From Raillietiella orientalis (Eukaryota): a stretch of DNA of 64,000 nt. The notes under the pieces were generated by a model, which saw nothing but the letters and a program-made list of their open reading frames with translations, made no database searches and was not told the origin of the DNA. The stretch covers positions 9,858,001 through 9,922,000 of the forward strand of contig JAYWIR010000001.1 of NCBI GenBank assembly GCA_036172245.1, given 5' to 3'. Both the position numbers and the translations under genes were made by a program. Of the stretch, positions 59,701 to 64,000 are shown piece by piece; position 1 is the first letter of the stretch; the number at the start of each line of letters is the position of its first letter.

Positions 59701-62042
59701 CTTGACGATTTTCAGAATGTTCTCGAAAAAGAGGAGCTGATGACCCAGGGAAACCTCCTGGACCAGAAAATCAGGCAGACTGAGCACGAGCTGGTAGTGC
59801 TGATGAACACGATCACGATGATGAAAGAGAAGAACGAAGAGTACCGGGAAAGGAAGCTTCAAGGTTCGGCGTCGGGTACGCTCTCGGGGACGCGGGAGGG
59901 CTGCCCGAATGTCATGTTCCTCCGAAGGTCAGCACCCTGGAGAGCGGGAGGAAACGGAGAATCTGCTGATCTCCCTGGACGCAGAGAACAAACTCAGGAG
60001 GAGCCAAATCAGGACTCTGGAACGAAGCATCCAGGTAAATCCTCCAGCTGCATCCTTTCCGGGCGGCAAGGAGGCGACTTCCCCCTCTGTCGCCCCCCCA
60101 CTTGCTACTTGAGAGCGCGTAAGGACGAAGAGGTGGACATGGGCGCAGAGCACCGCCTCCCTGCAGGAAACTTTCCGCGCCGCTTTCCGGAACCGTCTGG
60201 CGCAGCGGCCGGAACTTTCCCGCGGAGGGCGTAAGACGGATGGGCTTTGCGCGCCGGAAGCCCCTGGCCTGCCGACGTGGCACGCGCGATGCGGAGGAGG
60301 AAGGGAGAGGGAGAGGCCAACTTTGGCCCCGCATATCCCTACACCCACCCTGGAACTTCCCGTCCTTATGACCGACTCCCAGACCTAAGCAGCACCGCTT
60401 CCCATCCCATCCTGTGAGCAACGCCCCATCCTCCCCACCTCTCCCCCAGCCTGGCTCTCAGCTCAGGATTAGTTGGGACGCCTTCCCTCCCGACCCTGTC
60501 ATCAGGCCTTCTCCCTCCCAGTTGCCCCGCACATGTGCAGCCGCGACTTCATGAACGCAACGAGCGAGACCCGCTGCTTGCGATCTGTCCAGGAAGCACT
60601 TATGGCTCCCGAAAAATGCGGCGAAGCCCCGAATGAGATCCTCACGAGGCGAACAGCCTCCGCTTGGACCCATCCAGGAGTGAAGGTGTCACTCCCGGAT
60701 CCAGAGAAGCGCCGAACGCCAAGCCAGAGCCGCACCGGGAGGCAGCGAGCCAGAAGACTGACTCCCGAGGAAATGTCCCGGCCTTTTTTCTGCACCCAGT
60801 CCAGACAACGGCACAGCTTGCTCGTCCCTGAAGATCCGACATGTGACAACGACGACGACGCCCTTATCACTTGTAGCTCCGCCGGGGCCAGTCGGTCCCT
60901 GGGACCGCCGTTCCGTTTCTTCCGGGAGGGCGCCCGCACGCCCAGGGGCCGAACATCTCCGGAACAGCAGGCCGGTTCGTCCTGACTGACGGGTCGACGG
61001 TGCCTGACGAGATAGTCATGCCCGCGACCTAGGCGCGGCAGTGCGGACGGGATAATCCCTGATGCAAAGTCAGGCTCGACCTGTCAACGGGAGAAGGGCA
61101 GATTCGAGGGGAAGAACGCCCTGACAGTCTGATTTTCAGGGTAGCAAAGAACGCATAAGCAGTTTGATGGCCGAGCACGAAGCGCGGATCCAGGCGCAAA
61201 GGGAAGTAGAAGAGAAGCTGGAGATCCTGTCGTCCGAGCTGAAGCAGCAGGAAGAGAAGATAGGAAGGGTTACCAACCAAATCCTGAGGATGAGCAAACA
61301 GGTCCGGGCGAAAGAACGACGCGCAGAACCCACCTTCGAAGAAGTGAGAGCGTGTGGGGATCAAAGAGCCGGACCGGCATCATCCATCCAGGTGGACATC
61401 CAAGTGAGGCAGGAAAGAGAAGTGATCTCGAGAGCTGCCGTCCTGTTCGAGGAGATCACGCGCCGGTACCCGGAAACAAAAGAAATCATAATAGGAGGAC
61501 TTTCCGAGGTCCTCCTCTTTGAATTCTTTTCTGTGCAACCGAAATGCTCTTTCACAGGCCAAGGTGAGCTTGCCGAAGCCTTCCAGCCGGATCCACTTGG
61601 AAAAACTGCCGTGGGGTCCGTCCGGCAGCACCTCGAGGTCCAGCAGCACCAAGAGCTCCAGATCATCTAAGCTGTCTTCGGCAGTGGTCAAAGCTCCTGT
61701 TCAATTCGTCTTCGACTCTGGTAGATTTTTTTCCCCCATTTCCGCTTGATGCATTGGCAGCCCACGTTTACCCCACGATGGTGCCCCGCAGGCGCGACAC
61801 CACCCATGGCTCTTCCGAGGCGGAGAGGCCGTGAGCAGTTAACGAGCTATGAAGAGCTTTACGAGGTCTCCTACGCCATGCAGCACGGGCATGGAGTGCC
61901 CAAGTCGAGCACGCACTGGGGAAGGGAAGGGGAGAGGAAGAGACGGATGTCTTCGGAGTTGGGAAGAGTCGAATCCACCTGGTGCCAAGAGCGCCGAAGC
62001 GTGACCACTGTTCGCGCAGTGCCACTTATTAGCCTCGAGTAG
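50794..62042 (+). CDS. CCDC39: Coiled-coil domain-containing protein 39 (axonemal 96-nm ruler); exon 1 50794-50892, intron 50893-56644, many short-intron exons from 56645 to 61720; stop at 61749, or at 62042 via exon 61792-62042
   Basis: ILEQIGWEDHLGIPIANEENKIL N-terminus; AREKELQTEEHL; LSEWME..LLRYAQFDN; EYRKLHRERKGVLERWE; LAENLLKVKL; VYALEKGK; KKRYQIL; EKEELMTQGNLLDQKIRQTEHELVVLMNT, all colinear with CCDC39 as I recall it. Confidence 0.92.
53264..53596 (+). CDS. Intronless 110-aa two-TM protein resembling a conserved uncharacterised arthropod family, nested in CCDC39 intron 1
   Basis: MVVSWVRRRG..CCG.VVTQTVSIRWFIVMIAFVGLC...SLLM.G.GIVLITV.GIAWR.TS.DAPSCR.MLG with two clear hydrophobic helices. 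Resemblance to insect proteins is from memory only. Confidence 0.65.
   Translation: MVVSWVRRRGSTRQPCLREDEPKSCCGTVVTQTVSIRWFIVMIAFVGLCYAVVGTIWGAPKATGRGHLWSSLLMTGAGIVLITVCGIAWRVTSQDAPSCRMMLGFGNALA
55655..55722 (+). other. tRNA-derived fragment (SINE head or tRNA pseudogene)
   Basis: Perfect T-arm ACGGG-TTCGAAT-CCCGT at 55697-55713 containing the B-box; no complete cloverleaf. Confidence 0.45.
55790..56110 (-). repeat. Dispersed repeat, copy B
   Basis: Diverged reverse-complement match to 37140-37450. Confidence 0.75.
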
Positions 62043-64000
62043 GCACGGGAACTTTCAAACGGCAAAACCCGACAAGGGTGACCTGGTTTATCCTGCGTGC
62101 CGCACCGCCGGCTTCCTCCTTCCGCGTGCTCTCCCTCCTTCTCCGTCTGCACCACGGCGAAAAGCGGAATCCTCTCGTTCGAAAGTACGCGACTGTCTCG
62201 TGACGTGGGAGTCGGCTCGGAAACGATCGAAGGGATTCCACTTCCGGGCTTCACATGAGCATTCTGGTACGTCGTCTCGCTTGGTCGCCACGCGAAGTCC
62301 AGAGATGCATTCTCTAGCGCCGAGCGGGTGCATGCACTCCCTGTAGCGCACGTGATGATGATGATGCAAAGCCATTTGGCGAGGTCCCGGAAACTGAATT
62401 CTGCCCGTGTGAGGAACCAGCACAATCACCGCCCCTGCTGTGTGTGAAGATTAACAAAAACTCCGCCACGCTGGCACGCGCGCACGGTAATGGCTGCAGA
62501 ATTTGCATTTCGCTCTTTTCTTCCATTCCTCGAAGGGTCCGTTTGCAATTTGTTTTTGTTTTTTTTAAATCTGATTTCCGATCGCCACGCTCCAACACAG
62601 ACCACTGCCATGGCTTACGTTTGAGCTCTGCGCACCTCACATGCATCTGAGGTTTCCTTTCAAGGAAGATTGGGAGGCCGCCTCGCAGGGAGGTGAAGAA
62701 AGAAGAACTGTTAAGCACCGACTCTCACCAAGATAAAGGTGCGAACTGTAAGAAAACTGAGGGCGGGACAGAGAGACAGTAACGATGACGACGGTACTGA
62801 ATGGTAACGACATCGCTTCAGGACTCGACGAGGTGGCTTTTTCGAAGACGGCTCTTCTGATGCAAGCACGAAGCTGCCAAGAATCTCCGTGCTAACAGAC
62901 ACACGGACCAGGGCGCTCGGGCTGATGGAAAAGATGCTTCCTGTGCCCATCCTTTGCAAGCGCCTGCAACTTCTCTTGCGCGGATGTTCCGCGTCAGAGG
63001 TTCTCACGGAAAAGCGCGATCAAACTTCCCAGCTGCACTGCTTCTGCCGAACACGCGCGCTCGCAAAGAAGCACAAAGGCGGGAAAAGGAACAAACGGAG
63101 CCGACTCTCCGAGAAGCCTCTCAACACACTGCGATGTACGCCCCCACCTATACACGAGAGCGTGTTGTGTACACCGTGTCTACACCATCGATCCGTTCCC
63201 GCACGCAGCCGACGTTTTTCTCAAGCTGAAAACGTCGGCTGCATGCAAGAAGTTGAAAATCATGTAAGCTGCCAAAAGATCCCACGCGTGATTGTTTTGG
63301 AATGCAGGGATGGAAAACTCGTCTTTTATTGACGGATGCACCCACGCCAGGAAGCCTTCTCCTTGACGCGAGGATGCCACAAACCCGGAGGGGGGATCAG
63401 CAAAGCCTGGGCATTCCATCCGTTCGCAGGTCAATGCAATTTCCTGCAGTTGGTGGCAAAACACCATCCCGAGACACGCCCTCTTGAATCGTCAATCCGA
63501 AGGATTTTCAAGGACCAAACGCTGCCAGTTATGCAATACACCCAAAGGCTGGCACGCAGATCTGAAGCCGCAGTCTCTATGGTGAAATCTGGCCGCGATG
63601 CACTGAAATGCCCAATTACACCTCGCCTGCCACACACTCCGGCGAATGGAAACCACACCAACGGCTGTACACCTGGGAGATTTCACGTAAAGTAACATCC
63701 TTGTGGTAAAACGATGCCATCGGAAATGGCGCTCCGGCGTTCTGAATGCCCTGCTTTTCCCCATCAATTCTGCACGGCCGAAAACTCTGGAAATTTCATC
63801 TTATCTTTCATCTCGCATATTGGGTGAATTCAATCCGTTCAAGGGGACGCCGGGGCAACCGCAGTGGTCCACAACCGCCTTGGAGCAAAACTGCTTGCAG
63901 CGCTGCGAGCACATGCATGCCCTACGGCTTCCTCTGTTGCATCTTGGGTTCCTTGGAGGGAGGGAAGGCAGAGGGAGATGAGATGCAAAGGGGGAAACCT

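Noticed and set aside
62100-64000. ORFs at the right end of the window
   Set aside because: No recognisable motifs or consistent exon structure.

Overview
Eukaryotic genomic DNA, almost certainly from a pancrustacean arthropod (Clect27/CG6055-type cuticular C-type lectins; most introns only about 41-60 nt). AT-rich, visibly CpG-poor blocks alternate with very GC/CpG-rich blocks. Hand-spliced genes in order: TSEN54 (+), TOM22 (-), an intronless bacterial-type aspartate-ammonia ligase asnA (-; the best horizontal-transfer candidate), an unannotated spliced 8-Cys secreted-peptide precursor candidate (+), an extended-SDR DFR/aldehyde-reductase-like oxidoreductase (-), two tandem C-type lectin paralogues (+), a 12-exon membrane-anchored carboxylesterase-fold protein lacking the catalytic Ser (-), decayed Ty3/gypsy remnants, a 923-bp palindromic mariner derivative, and CCDC39 (+). 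CCDC39 has an RFX X-box promoter motif, a 5.75-kb first intron hosting a same-strand two-TM ORF, one GC-AG intron and an apparent GG-AG intron. Exon models were derived by eye from reading frame and splice phase; family assignments come from remembered motifs, and no searches were run.
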